Assembly: GCA_023213395.1 (NCBI GenBank)
Contig: CM041465.1
Location: 208,451,741 to 208,515,740 of the forward strand
DNA: 64,000 bases
Source: Cycas panzhihuaensis
Lineage: Eukaryota; Plantae; Cycadophyta
Reading direction: 5' to 3'
The translations under genes were made by a program, and so were the position numbers. Of this stretch, positions 15,258-28,351 are shown piece by piece. The notes below the pieces were generated by a model, which saw only the letters and a program-made list of their open reading frames with translations, made no database searches and was not told the origin of the DNA. Each line of letters begins with the position of its first letter. The first letter of the stretch is position 1.

Positions 15258-15645
15258 TGTTAAAACTTTATAATAGAACCTTCATTTCAATGTATTTTTT
15301 ATGTACATTATGTGTATTATGTACTTTAGGGGACCCTCAATGTAAATTTAATCATATTTTATATTCATGTTAGGTCTGTAACATGTCTTGCTTAGTTAGC
15401 TAATTGTGTTCTTTGAAATCTTGGTGGGATGCTTATAAATTAAGCCTACATTAATCATTTGTACATGATTTTGGAGTATATGCAAAACTCTACCAATCTG
15501 CAACCTTATGTGGTGACTAATTTGCTTGTGATCTTTGATTTATCTCAATTCTGGTCTTATTTCACATGTTTAGTGTATTATTGTAATAGTTTAACTTGAT
15601 ATTGTACTAGTAGGACATGATTTTTAGATCTTGGAAGGTTTGTAT
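15258..15645 (+). repeat. 5' LTR of copia 15258-22731
   Basis: Starts TGTTAAAA, matches 22345-22731, and is followed by a tRNA-Met PBS. Confidence 0.9.
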
Positions 15646-18600
15646 GATGGTATTAGAGCTAGTTTATACTATGGTTTAAACTTTTTTAAGAAAATAATGT
15701 AGAATATAGGCTTATTCCCTCATAATGGTACCTTATTTTTCACCTATTTCTCCATTTTTCTCTTAGTTCTTGGTGTATACAATAGTTTTAATGTGAGTGC
15801 AAGCCATCCTTGGTGTGTATCAAGCCCATACTACTGATATTCAATTCATTTACAGCAATATGTGATCAAAGTTCCATTTTTTATCAAACAACAAAGGAAA
15901 TAGCCTATTTTCAAGCCATTTTAACCCTATATCAAGATAAATCTGCTTGTTGGAGTAGTATCTTCTCTATTGTGGTGATCTAGCCTTATTCTCATTCTAT
16001 AGGAGTCCATCCATAGAAGTTTTCTACTATTCAAAGCTTATTTTTTACCATTTTTGATCACGCAGCCCCCACACAGTTCATAACTTGTTTCTAATTGTTT
16101 AGGGCTCATTTTGCTTCAAACCACCTTTCACTAGCTTCCACTAGACTCTACGTCCCCCGTCCATTAGTTTTAGATTGAATGGAATCATATTTAGTGGCTT
16201 TCTGGCCTCTCATTCCTCTCATAGGTCGCCCATGGTTGTGCACAAACTCCACGACTCCTTTATTTAAAAAAAAAACCATGTTTCTTTAATAAATTTTTAA
16301 CTTTGATAATTAAAATCAAGTTATATTTTATTTTTTCTTAGATTATGGTATCTTATCCCCTTATCTAGTCATGTTCACTCATCATATGACTCTAAATCTT
16401 CACTAAAAGAGGCAGATTCCAAATAACTATATGTTATTTTACTTTTTATTTTTTTTAGAAAAATAAAAAAGATTAGATTAAATTTGATAATATTTTAGGT
16501 CCATTAGCCCTTTAGCTACATGAGTGGATGGTTCTATGCAGTCTACAAGTGACTAGGGGCTACTTTCTAAAGGGGCTTAAGCCTATCCATCCTTAAGTTT
16601 GTTGTATAATAGGGTACCTACAGTATATTCACTATAACTCTACAACTAGGTGTTCATTTTTCAAATCGTTTAGATCATTAGAAAGAGGATTCAGATAGCT
16701 ACATCGTAGAATCAAATTAAGCCTACTTTGAGCCTATTTTACTAAAGTTATAGGCTACCAAAATAGATCTTAGTGTTTGAGCTTCGTCAATCCTTTTTCT
16801 TATTTTTTAAAGGCCAATTCTATTTTTCAAAAGTTCTTTTATTATTTTATGTTGTTGTTAATCTTTAGTTAGCTATCCTAATCTGGTTTTTATGCTAACA
16901 AAGTGCTTGGTGTTGGTTTTTTATAGGTGTCACCCTTGGAAGATTGAAGTGGCTCTCTCTTATACAAGCCCACTTAAAAAGCACTCTAGACCCTTCCTTG
17001 TCCTTTAATTTCTTTGATTTCCATCTTATATTTCAGTTATTTCATTAAAAAAGAAACTTTGTTTGTAATAACCCATATCATAAAATTAATATTGTCATAT
17101 TAAGAAAGATAACTCTTAAATTAACCACCCTTATGCTAGCCTTGCAAGGGGAATGGTTAAGACCTATGAAGTTACCACCCTACACATGCCCTTGGTCTAC
17201 TCTAATTTGGTGAGTAAACCATTGGATATAAGGTGTAATAGGTGGCAGCTTGAGATGAAAACCTTTCTATTAGAGTTTGGAGACTAGGCTAAACCTAGAA
17301 GGGGTGAGTGCCTCAGTTGGCTCAGTTCTTATTATTAGATATATCGTTAGGCATAAGTCTGGCGCAGTTGGAGAAACAAATTAGGGAGGTAATTGACCTT
17401 CATTATAGCCAATGTATTGACGTATATAGAGCCTTGAGCTCATGTACCAATATATAGGATCCCTAGTTTGCCACTTATGGGCAAGTGCCACTAGTCAAAA
17501 TAGTAACCGAGAACTCTTTTGGAGACCCTTAAAACTTAGAATTCTAGATTAGTAGCTCCTTAGGTAGATTACTACATAAGCACATAAACTTTAAAGATAC
17601 AAACAAAAAAAAAAAACTTAGAAAAATTGTAGCATAAATGTTATTATCTTACACAATTAAACTTAATAGTATCAATAATTTTATCCCATGGAAAAAATAA
17701 ATAAAAAATCTATTTATCATAAATGATTTTTAGGCCTATATCAATGGAGACACACCCCTTCCTAGACCAACACAAGACCCTAATGACCCTGGCACCTTAA
17801 TTCTTCCTAATCCTATAGACTTACTTAACTTTAAAGCTAAGGATAGTGTTGCCTTGTCCTTCCTCTACTTGGCAATTAAAGACCAAGTAGACCAAAACAT
17901 AGAAATAACCTAAACCTTTTATGATGCATGGACCATTGTTTATCCCTTTTATGAGAGAAAGAATAAATCTAGATCCTTAACCCTTAAAGTGTGTTTGTTT
18001 GTCATTCCTTTTATAGGCACTATTACAACCCACTTGACTAAAGTGAAGACCATTAAGAACCAATTAATAATCCTAGGCGAACCACCTTTAAATCATAACC
18101 TAATATCTAGCATCATAAATATTTCACCCATGAAATATAATAGTTTTACCTCTAAACTTCATGATAATTACTAAAAAATGGACTTCATCACCTTTAAAGG
18201 CCTCTTATTATAAGAAGAGAATATTCTCAATCAACTTGGGGTTGCATCTACTTTTGACTCAACCCTTACCTTTGTAGCTCATAATTCAAAAAGAGGTAAA
18301 ATTATAAAAAAGATAGCTTAGCAGCCTAGTCAGCTCTAAAACTTTACTCAATAATTAAACTCTCTTAACATCTCTCAAGAGCCACATCAATAGCTAACTC
18401 AATAGCAACAACATCCAGTTGGCACCTCCTACAATCCAAGTCAGTAGCCTCAATAGTCCCAGTAATAACCATAGTCTTAATCATAAAGAACTAGTAAAGT
18501 AGACCAAATATCACATGCCTTTACTGCAAAAAAATTCGTCACCTTATTATTGAATGCAAGAGATATCAAGTTGATTTATAACTCTTGCAAAATCAAGGGA

Positions 18601-21600
18601 TCCAATCTTATGGGCCTGGATTCCAACAAGCTACCCCATATTATCAACTAACAACCATATTCTATCAATAGGGAGCACCCTCTTATGGATAAGGTGGACT
18701 AAGCTACTATTAACAAAGGTAAAGTTATCAACAAGGAGGACCATGCCCTCCATAAGGAGCCCCTTATCCACAACAAGGAGGCCCCATTTTATAAGAAGGA
18801 TCTCCCTATTATCAATAAGGTGGCCCTATTTCACAACAAAGAGACCCTTTCTATCCACGAGGAGGGTCATCATTTCAACCACAAGGCCAATTCTACTAAT
18901 ATAATTAGAATACAAGACCTATTTAAAGTCAAAGACCACATAACAGGTGGTGGTTCCCTAATAGAAATTAAAGGAACTAGCAAATTATTCAATAACAAAG
19001 AGGCAATATGGGAGATAATCAAGATTCATCCTTCCACAACCTATTCTTTATAGCATTAACTTCTTAGCTTGATGACAACACATGGCTCCTTGACTTAGGT
19101 GCAACTAGACACATGATTGGATCACAAAAGATGTTGGAAGAGACCTACCTAATAAGCACCCAAATAGTCACATTTGGTGATAATTTGACATATGATGTGA
19201 CCAAAATTAGTAAGGCTCCAATAGCCTTGAAATACTCTAATATTAGGCACCATATCAATAATATATTCCTTATTCTAGGAATGAAAATAAACTCGCTCTT
19301 CATCAATCAAATGGACAAGAAGAATATAGATGTTTTTTTTAGTTAGGGCATCTATACCATCACAAAATATACAACTAGAAAACTTGTGACCATAGGACAT
19401 GAAGATAGTGGTTTATAAGGTTGGATGGTGTCCCCCTTAGCACTACTTAACTAAAGGAATCTTGTTCAATGGCCCAAAGTGATCAACTTGATAAGGGGAA
19501 AGATGTAATTATTGAGTAATCCCCTTATATCTAGGAACCAAGAGTATGTTCTCACTTAGAGGAAAAAATCATTTCAAATAGCTCCAAAGACTAATTATGA
19601 CATCAATTCCTAGGTCATTTAAATATACAAATCTTAAACGTTATGTCTAGGCTTTCAATGATATATGGTTTACCCAAAATCAAGCGATACAATATTATAT
19701 GTAAGGCGTGCTTAAAGGGAAAGTAATAGAGAGAAAATTTCTCTTCTAAGAATGCATGGAGAGCCTTAGAAACATTAGAGTTAGTCCACTCAAACATTTG
19801 TGGGCTCATGTCAGTCTAATCACTCAATGGAAGTATGTATTTTATAACATTCATAAATGACTTCTCAAGGAAAGTGTGGGTCTACTTTTTGGGAAACGAG
19901 TACCAAGCCTTAGATAAATTCAAAGAGTTCAAAGCTACATTTGAAAATGATAGTGGTATGATAATTAAGACCATTAGATCTAATAATGGTGGTGAGTATA
20001 TCCCTAATTAATTCAATAACTTTTGCAAGGAACATGGCATCTAATGTCAATTTTCAACACCTCACACACTATAACAAAATAGTATATCTGAAAGGATGAA
20101 ATAGACATTAGTGAATAAATGAAAAGCCATACTTAGTACTACCAATCTTACTACTAGATTTTAGGTTGATGCAATAACTATTATTACATACCTAACCAAC
20201 ATAAGTCCACAGTTGTGATTAGGAACATCACTCTTGAGGAAGCTTAGTCAGGACTGAAACAAACTATTGCATACTTGAAGACATTTGGATGCATAGTATA
20301 TAAATGTGTTCTAAGGAAAACAGAAAGAAGCTTGGTAATAAGAGCTTGAAATGCATCTTCCTTGGCTATGTCCCTAGTTGCAAAGCCTACAAAGTGTTTG
20401 ATATTGTTAGGAAGTAAGCACACATAACTTAAGACATAATATTTATAAAGTATACATAGGACCTAACTCCACCCTAAACTTAGTTTGTAGTAGCAGATGA
20501 AGTTGGTATGTCTTAAGTGCCTCTTAGATAAATTCTAGAGCCACTAATACCAGCATCCTCCTATTCTGGAGGTCTTTTATGAATTCCAACAGCCTCTATA
20601 TCAATAACATATGCAAGCATAACCTTACCACTTATTTTAGTTGATGACCTTCAAGTGGAAGCTACCATCACTCAGCCACCTTCTAAGTGGGTATAATAGT
20701 TATTAAAGGATGCTCCTCTTCCTCCTATAACTGCCAAAAGGCCTTAAAAATGAGACACTCCATAAATTTTGCTTAATAGCACATATCCTAGAAACACCTA
20801 AGCCTTCCACATTTGAGGAGGTAATCAAAGACCAAACATGGAAAGTAGCTATAGATGAAGAGATGGACTCTATCATCAAAAATGACACTTAGGGGCTAAT
20901 AGAATTTCCATATGGAAAAAATATAATTAATTATAAATATCTATACAAAATAAAATTCTATACAAATGGCACCATTGAATGTCACAAAGCTTACCTTATA
21001 GCAAAAAGTTTCAAACAAAAAGAGGGGATTGATTATGATGAGACCTTTACACCGATAGCCAACATGACCACATTTCATTTGGTTATGTCACTAGCAACCC
21101 AATTCAACTTGCCTATCTACTAAATGGATGTGAAGAGTGCTTTCCTCAATGGAGAGCTCAAAGAAGAGGTTTTCTTGAAATAACCCCCTAGTTATGCTAT
21201 TCCAAGCCAAGAATACTTAGTTTGTAAACTCAAGAAAACCCTATATAGACTCAAGTAGGCACCATATGCCTAGTACACAAAGATTGATGCCTTTCTCACA
21301 TAGCATGGATTTAATCATTTACCCTCTATCCTAGATTTGTACATTCAGGTTAGAGATAACTTAATCACAATCATTGTTCTTCATGTAGATGATCTTGCAA
21401 TCATTAGAAATAATACTGAATGCATTACTTAGCTTCAATCAGAATTGAAAAGTAACTTTGAGATGATAGATCTTGGGTTGCTCCATTACTTCCTTAGAAT
21501 TGAAGTTTGATCAGAACTATGACATATCCTCCTAACACAAACAAAATATGCTGATGAGCTCCTACAAAGATTCAAGATGATATAATACAAGCCAGTACCA

Positions 21601-22344
21601 ATCCCTATAGAGATAAGAACCAAGTTGAACCTAGATGAGCAAGGAAAGCCATTTGATCCTACTTTGTACTAGTTATTAGTTGGAAGCCTCATTTATCTTA
21701 TCCACACTCGATCGAACATATCATATGCAGTAGGGATATGCTTTAGGTACATGTTATAACCTGAAGTATCACATTGGGAAGTCATAACTAGGATCCTTAA
21801 ATACATTTATGGCATACATTAATTTGGTCTTGAATACAACCAAACTAACTCCCCTATCCTGAAGGGACACGTAGATGCTGATTGGGCAAATTGCCAAGAC
21901 ACTTTCCATTCAACTTTAAGATATTATTTTGATATAAACTCAGCTATAATCTCTTAAAGTTGAAAGAAGTAGCTAAATATTGTCATTTCCTCCACCAAAG
22001 CAGAATACAAGGTAGTTGTCCATACCACAATAGAGTTGATTTAGCTTAGAAGGATCCTCATCGAGCTTGGACTTCAACAATATGCACCCACCATCCTCTA
22101 TTGTAACAATCAAAGTGCATTAAAGATGACAAAAAATCTAGTATTCCATGCAAGAACCAAGCATATTAAGGTCCATCATCACTTTATCCATGAACATGTT
22201 CAAAACAGAGAAGTTGATCTCATTTACCATCTAATTGAGGACCAGATTATAGACATGTTTACCAAATCACTTAGTAAACTAAAGTTTAAGCAGTTCCCAC
22301 ACGACCTCAACATCAGCAAAAATAAAGCTGCTATTAAGGGAGGG

Positions 22345-22731
22345 TGTTAAAATTTTATAATAACACCTTCATTTTAATGTATTTTTTATGTATATTATGT
22401 ACTTTAAAGGACCCTCAATATAAATTTAATCATGTTTTATATTCATGTTGAATCTATCATATGTGCCGCTTAGTCGACCAATTGTATTCTTTGAAATCTT
22501 GGTGGAATGCTTATAAATTAAGCCATGCATTATTCATTTGTACATGATTTTAGAGTATATACGGAAGCTTTGCTAGTATAGAGTCTTACGTAGTGACCAA
22601 TATGCCTATGATCTTTGATTTATCTCAGTTTTGCTCTTGTTTCACATGTTTAGTATATTATTATGATAGTTTAACTTGATATTATATTACTAGCACATGA
22701 TTTCTAGATCTTGGAAGGTTTTTTTTCAACA
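22345..22731 (+). repeat. 3' LTR of copia 15258-22731
   Basis: TGTTAA...CAACA, preceded by PPT aagggaggg. Confidence 0.9.
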
Positions 22732-23046
22732 TTAGTTAGTATATTATGCATAGAGGAGCTTGAAAAATATTATAGTAACCATGGTCCACAACTTGAAATT
22801 TTTAAAATTAGAATCTAGCAAGTGGCATGACTATTGATAAGAAAACTATCTGATAGTAATGACCCATTAAAGGTTGAATTTTCACATGATTTACCTCATG
22901 CAATAAATTGCTATTAAGGTTGTTTTTAGCTAGGGTTTATTCATAGAGTGGTTCTTTCTAAAGAAAATTGTATGATGTTGTTATATAAAGAAGCAATCTA
23001 TTTCTCCTCTCACTACTTTAATGGCTTTAGCACTTTCTAAGTTTTT

Positions 23047-23297
23047 GTCTAATAGATTATCTATGAAGATACTAGATATTATTAAATTTATTGTGCAAAT
23101 TATAATAATATTTACCTTAGGATCTAACCTACTATACTTATGTTTGTATCATGGCGTAATTAGTTAAGGTCATCGATTATGAATCTCATACATATGTACA
23201 CCTTATAAATGGTTAAATTATTAAGAAATATAAGAAAATAAAAATTTAAAAGGGTAGACTAATTCTACCTATAAATACTTATTGTCTTCTTTTGTCA
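23047..23297 (+). repeat. Copia LTR, 3'-truncated (same family as 33545-33846)
   Basis: Collinear similarity to 33545-33820 (tttattgtgcaaattataataata...aattagttaaggtca...ggtagactaattctacctataaatac). Confidence 0.8.
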
Positions 23298-26124
23298 ACA
23301 TTGTTATTAGTTCTAATATAGTTGTTGATGTTGTTGTTATGGTTGTTGATTATTAAAACTTATAATTTTTCTTTAAATGATTGGGCTTCCTATAATACTA
23401 ATATTTTACCTTTGTTTGTCCATTAGGACCCTCTCATTGAACATTGTGTTCAATGATATGTTTTTTCTTAACATAAAGGGATGTTTCCCTTAATTCTTTA
23501 TAGCCATGGGTCCTAAACTTTTATCACCAATATCCTTCAATTTTTATTCATACAACTTTAATTTCCCTTTAAGATTGTTAAAGGCCATTAAACGTATCTT
23601 ACTATTTAAGTTGAATATGGTGATGAAGTTTTCATTGGAACTTAGTAGGGACCAAACACTGTAGTCACTAGCTCAAGGTCTTTAAGTGGCTTCTGTGTTA
23701 TGTTTAATTGGTCCCTGATCATCTTGATTTCTTACACGTGGTTAATCATTGTTCTACTCAACTTTAAACTATAGAGTTAATTTCTTAGGGATAGGATTTA
23801 TGCATGATCTTTAGTCTTATAAAGAGAGATGATTACATCCCATCCTTATTTTAGTGCCTTTACATTTGTTACATTAACTATTATATTTCCACCAATAGAA
23901 AGCTTAATAAATCCCAAGGTGACTCTCATTTTTCTTTTAAGTTTCTTCTTTTCATTAACATAAGTTGTTATAATTGGTATTACGTCAATATATTTTAGCA
24001 TGTCATTTATCTCTAGGATGCTTGTCAACTAGTGTTTCCATAATGGAAAATTTTCAACCCTAGTCAATCTCTTAGTTATCAAACCAAGTATCTAAGGATT
24101 ATTTACCATTATTGAGTCTTTTGATGTAACTATATACAAGAACTATATCAAATTAGTTATTTTTTCACTGATGTCTAGGATAAATAAGAATTTCCACAAA
24201 AAAAAAAAAAACTTAATCAAGTCTTGAAAGTAAGCTTAGCACATAAGTTTTTCTATTAGGATTCTAAAGTAACTAATGGCACTCAAAACAAAGTATTAAA
24301 AATTAATTTATAACAAAAAGAAATTGTTGGTTTATTAAGACACTTATGTTTGGGTGCTAGACCCCTTTGTATCAAAATTAAAGGGCATATATCTCTACCA
24401 TATGACTATGGGCTCAAAATAAATTGTATGGATATGAAATTTTATTAAAAATAATTAAATTTATTTTACAAAGATAAGAAAATCACCCTTATGTCAAAAT
24501 TTTCTTTGCCATTTCTCTCTAGTTCAATGTCATTAGTTGATTTGATCAATTTTCACCTCTATTTAGAGGGATTTTCCTTCAAAACTTCACTAGAGGTCAT
24601 CAATCAATGCCTATCAATCAATTTTATTGATTAGCCTTTCATTTTCATGAAGTGTCATGGAGATTTCACTAAGGGTTTTGGAAATGACTCAATTAAGATT
24701 TTGCTAAGAGTTTTGATTAGGTCTTCACTATATATAATCAAGACTTCACCAAGTAGTTTTATATTCCTTTAAAATTTGATGGAGATTTCTCAAGATTTTA
24801 AGGAGGAAATACCAAATTTCATGCTTTTACTAGGCATGTTGAGAAAATTCATGCCTTTATCAGATTACTCATGTTTGTTAAGCATGTTTCTTATTTTGGT
24901 AAAGACCATGTTGATGATTTCTTTGAAGAATTACTTTCTCAAGTTACTCATTGGTCATTAAACCTCTACAAAGTGTTTTAAGATTATTTAAATCAAAATG
25001 CTACTACATTCAAATTACATGTTTAAAGTCTTTGACAATAATAATTATTTTAGTGCCATCAAATATCTTGAAGGGAATCTTATTATATTAGAGTAGGTAG
25101 TTAATTGATTAATAATGCCATTAAAGATTTTAGGTCTATGTTGAGATCTTCACCATTTATTGAAACTATTTGGTTAAGATTTGAGCCTAATTTATTGGCT
25201 TTATCAAAGTTTTCTAACTGAGATGTCAATATTTTGGTAATGTTAATGTTGTTAACAATGTTTCATGTCAAAGTTTAAACTTTTAGTAATTATGTGGGTT
25301 TGTGGGGGGCCCCTTTCTCATGATATTAGACATTAAATTCTACCAAATCTTCAACATTGTTGAAGTTTACTTCTAACTCATCAAAGTTCACTCCTTTATT
25401 AAAATCCAATCTTTCATGTTAAAATTTGCTTCCATGTCAAAGTTTCCTGAAGCTTATCATTAAGGTTTGGGTATAAGCATGGTCCCCACTTTCTAGTTAC
25501 TTCTTCAGCAAGTTTTGTTAGGTAATTTTGTCCCCTTTATTTTATTTTATTTTCTTCATTTTCAACATTGTGTTCTCAACATCTCTCCATTAGAATTCTT
25601 ATTATGTCCCAGAGTTCGATGATTTTACCATGGAGATTTTTATATAATTTTCTAGCAAATTATTTTAGCAATTACTTCTCGTTTCTAATTTGTCCCAATA
25701 GGTTTTCTAGCCAATATTTGAAGACAAATCTTAAGCTTACCTAAGTTTGAAGGTTTTCCTTAAATCTACAAGTATTTTCTTTAGATTTAATTCTTTAATT
25801 TCTTTAAATATCAAACCAATAGGGTTTGATTTTTTTAAAATAGATTTTAATGATTTTTCCTTAATTTTTATAAGAAAAAACAATAAGTTCTTATGCTATT
25901 TAGCATGCCTTTTATTTCAGTAGGCAACCCAAGCTTTTTTGTCTTGAATAGGTTTTTTAATTAGTAACATTTTTTAACTTCTTTGTAGGTGATTTTAAAA
26001 TTTCGTATTTGGTTGGTTTTTTAGTGATCTTTCATTGAATATTTTATAAATTTAGACACAAATTTTCCTAGAGGAAAACTTGTATATCATAGGGTTTTCA
26101 CACCCTAGATAGATTGTTAATGTT

Positions 26125-26189
<65 letters not shown>

Positions 26190-26620
26190 ATATATGTATG
26201 TATGTATGTATGTATATGTGGATGTGTGTGTGTGTGTGTATGTGTGTGTGTGTATGTGTATGTGTGTGTAGAATGAATAATCACAACAATCGTTATATTG
26301 TTGTTTGATAGATATTAATATAAATATATGCTTGCTATATATTACTTGAATACTTCCTTTACTTGCATGACTTCAAGATGGTCTTGTAGAATTCTTCTCA
26401 TGAATGTAAGACTAAAAGGTATTTAACATTAACTTCAAGGTTTGTTACAATGGCTTTGGCCATAATCTTCAATTCTAGGATAGGTCTTAGACCTCCTTCA
26501 CCTAAGGTACAATGTTGAAAATTAAAGTTGCATAGGGATAAAATAAGATAACAAGTATTTATAGGTAGAATTAGTCTACCATTTTAATTTTTCATCTATT
26601 TTTATTTCTCAATAATTAGT
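23298..26620 (-). mobile_element. Inverted copia segment: LTR 3' part (26513-26620), long leader, decayed gag (24110-23300)
   Basis: 26513-26620 is the reverse complement of the LTR 3' end (...ttttcaaca). Minus-strand gag N-terminus ENFPLWKH(Q)LTSILEINDMLKYID (ORF 23846-24028). Confidence 0.75.
26124..26270. repeat. Compound microsatellite (TA)n(TG)n(TATG)n
   Basis: Seen directly. Confidence 0.98.
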
Positions 26621-26639
26621 ATTAGTAACAACCTATAAT

Positions 26640-28351
26640 CAACATTGACTAACCTAAATGTTATTTATTGAAGCAAGCTATTATATCCAAGCTTAATCTA
26701 AACATTGAAGCAACATCACTTAATGTTATTTATAAGAAATTCTAGTTTGAATAAACATATCTTGAAGAATTGTCATCAGTAATTCTTTAGAGGATGATGA
26801 AGAACTTGAGGAATTCCCATTAGGTCACTCATCTCCCCTAAACAAAAGTTACCTAAATGGTATTTAAAGATAATAGGTGATTGAAAGTTACATGAACTTA
26901 AAGGAAAGTAGAAGTCAAAATGGCATATGTTTTGAATATTAAAAATCCTTTTGCTTTTAAAGTGGTAGTTAAGGAGAAAAAGTAAAAAGTTATAATGGAT
27001 ATTGATATTCAAAGAATGAATAAGAACAAGGCTTAAGACTTAGATTGCTTAGCAACAAATAAGCAATTGGCTATAAATGGATCCATAGGGTAAAGTTTAA
27101 GGCAGATGGTACTATTGATAAATATAAGGCTAGGCTTGTTACAAAATATTTTAAGCAAAAAGAAGGCATTAATTATTAGGAGACCTTTTCACTAGTGGAA
27201 AAGATGAACACCATCAAAATCATCCTATTGATTGTTGCCCAATTCAAATAATAGATTTACTAACTAGATGTAAAGAATGCTTTCCTCAATAAAGACCTTA
27301 TTAAAGAAATGTACATAGAACAACCACTTGGGTGCATTGAAAATGTCAAAGAACATCCTATATGTTAATTCTAGAAAACTTTATATAGCCTTAAATAGGC
27401 CCTTATAGCCTGGTATGAGAAGATTGATCAATATTTTTAAAAGAATAGATTTCAGAAATCGCTAGAAGACTCAAATCTCTTCATAAAAGTTCATAATGAT
27501 AGATTTGTGACTACTATGGTTTTACATGTGGATGATTTACTAATCATTGAGAATAATATCATAATGATATCTAACCTAAAGAAAGATCTAATAAATCATT
27601 TTGAGATGACAAACCCTAGTTTACTATATTACTTCCTAAGTATGGAAGTATGGCAAATTCCTAGTTGAATTTTCATCTTGCAGGCCAAGTATATATGAAA
27701 AATTTTAAAGAAATTCATAATATAAGATTGCAAGCCTTCCAACACCCCCATAGAAATAGAAGTAAGGCTCACAGTTGAAGAAGATAACTAACTAGTTGAT
27801 AGCACACTATATAGACAACTAATTGGTAGTATAATCTATATAACTATGACTAGGCTTAGTATCTCATTCGACGTTAGTTTGGTATCTAGATTTATAATAA
27901 CATGAAAGTAATATAACTAGTTAGCTACAAAGTAAATATTTATATACTTGCATATAATATTGAAGTATAGGTTAGAGTTTATTCACAATGACAACTTTAA
28001 ATTAGTTGGATTCATCAATATAAACTAGGTTGGATGTGTTAATTTGAGAAGATCGGTATATGGCTACTATTTTAGTCTTAGTTCAATATATATAGCATGG
28101 AGAAATAATAAACAACCAAATGTCAAACTCTCTTAAACTAAAATAGAGAATAAGGCTACAGTTGTAGTTGTAACTAAAGTAGCTTAGCTTAGATAGACTC
28201 TTGATGACTTAGATCATTATTAAGAAGATGTTACAACTATATACTATGATAATTAAAATACTTTAAAGTTAGCTAAGAACCTTGTGTTTTATACCAAATA
28301 TATTGAAGTTTATCATAACTTCATTAGAGACCAAATCTAAAAAGGTGAAAT
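26640..28351 (+). mobile_element. Copia INT-RT linker, RT and RNase H; host of the 28352 insertion
   Basis: KLPKWYLK ~26845; WIHRVKFKADGTIDKYKARLV ~27078; LHVDDLL ~27522; RNaseH to ...FIRDQI(Q)KGE. Confidence 0.9.

Larger units (their letters stand above)
15258..22731 (+). mobile_element. Full-length decayed Ty1/copia with ~2-kb 5' leader
   Basis: LTRs 15258-~15645 and 22345-22731 align along their length. PBS tggtattagagc 15648-15659; Zn knuckle CLYCKKI(G)HLIIEC ~18517-18558; PR WLLD.GAT.HM ~19083; INT ~19780-20430; RT MDVKSAFLNG ~21124; RNaseH ORF 22126-22350; PPT 22336-22344. No TSD found. Confidence 0.93.

Noticed and set aside
21551-21560. CTGATGA hammerhead-core-like words (also ~45503 and ~49408)
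   Set aside because: All lie within retrotransposon coding remnants and lack the flanking stems and GAAA arrangement.
26114-26308. ORF with CVCVCV repeats
   Set aside because: Translation of a (TG)n microsatellite.
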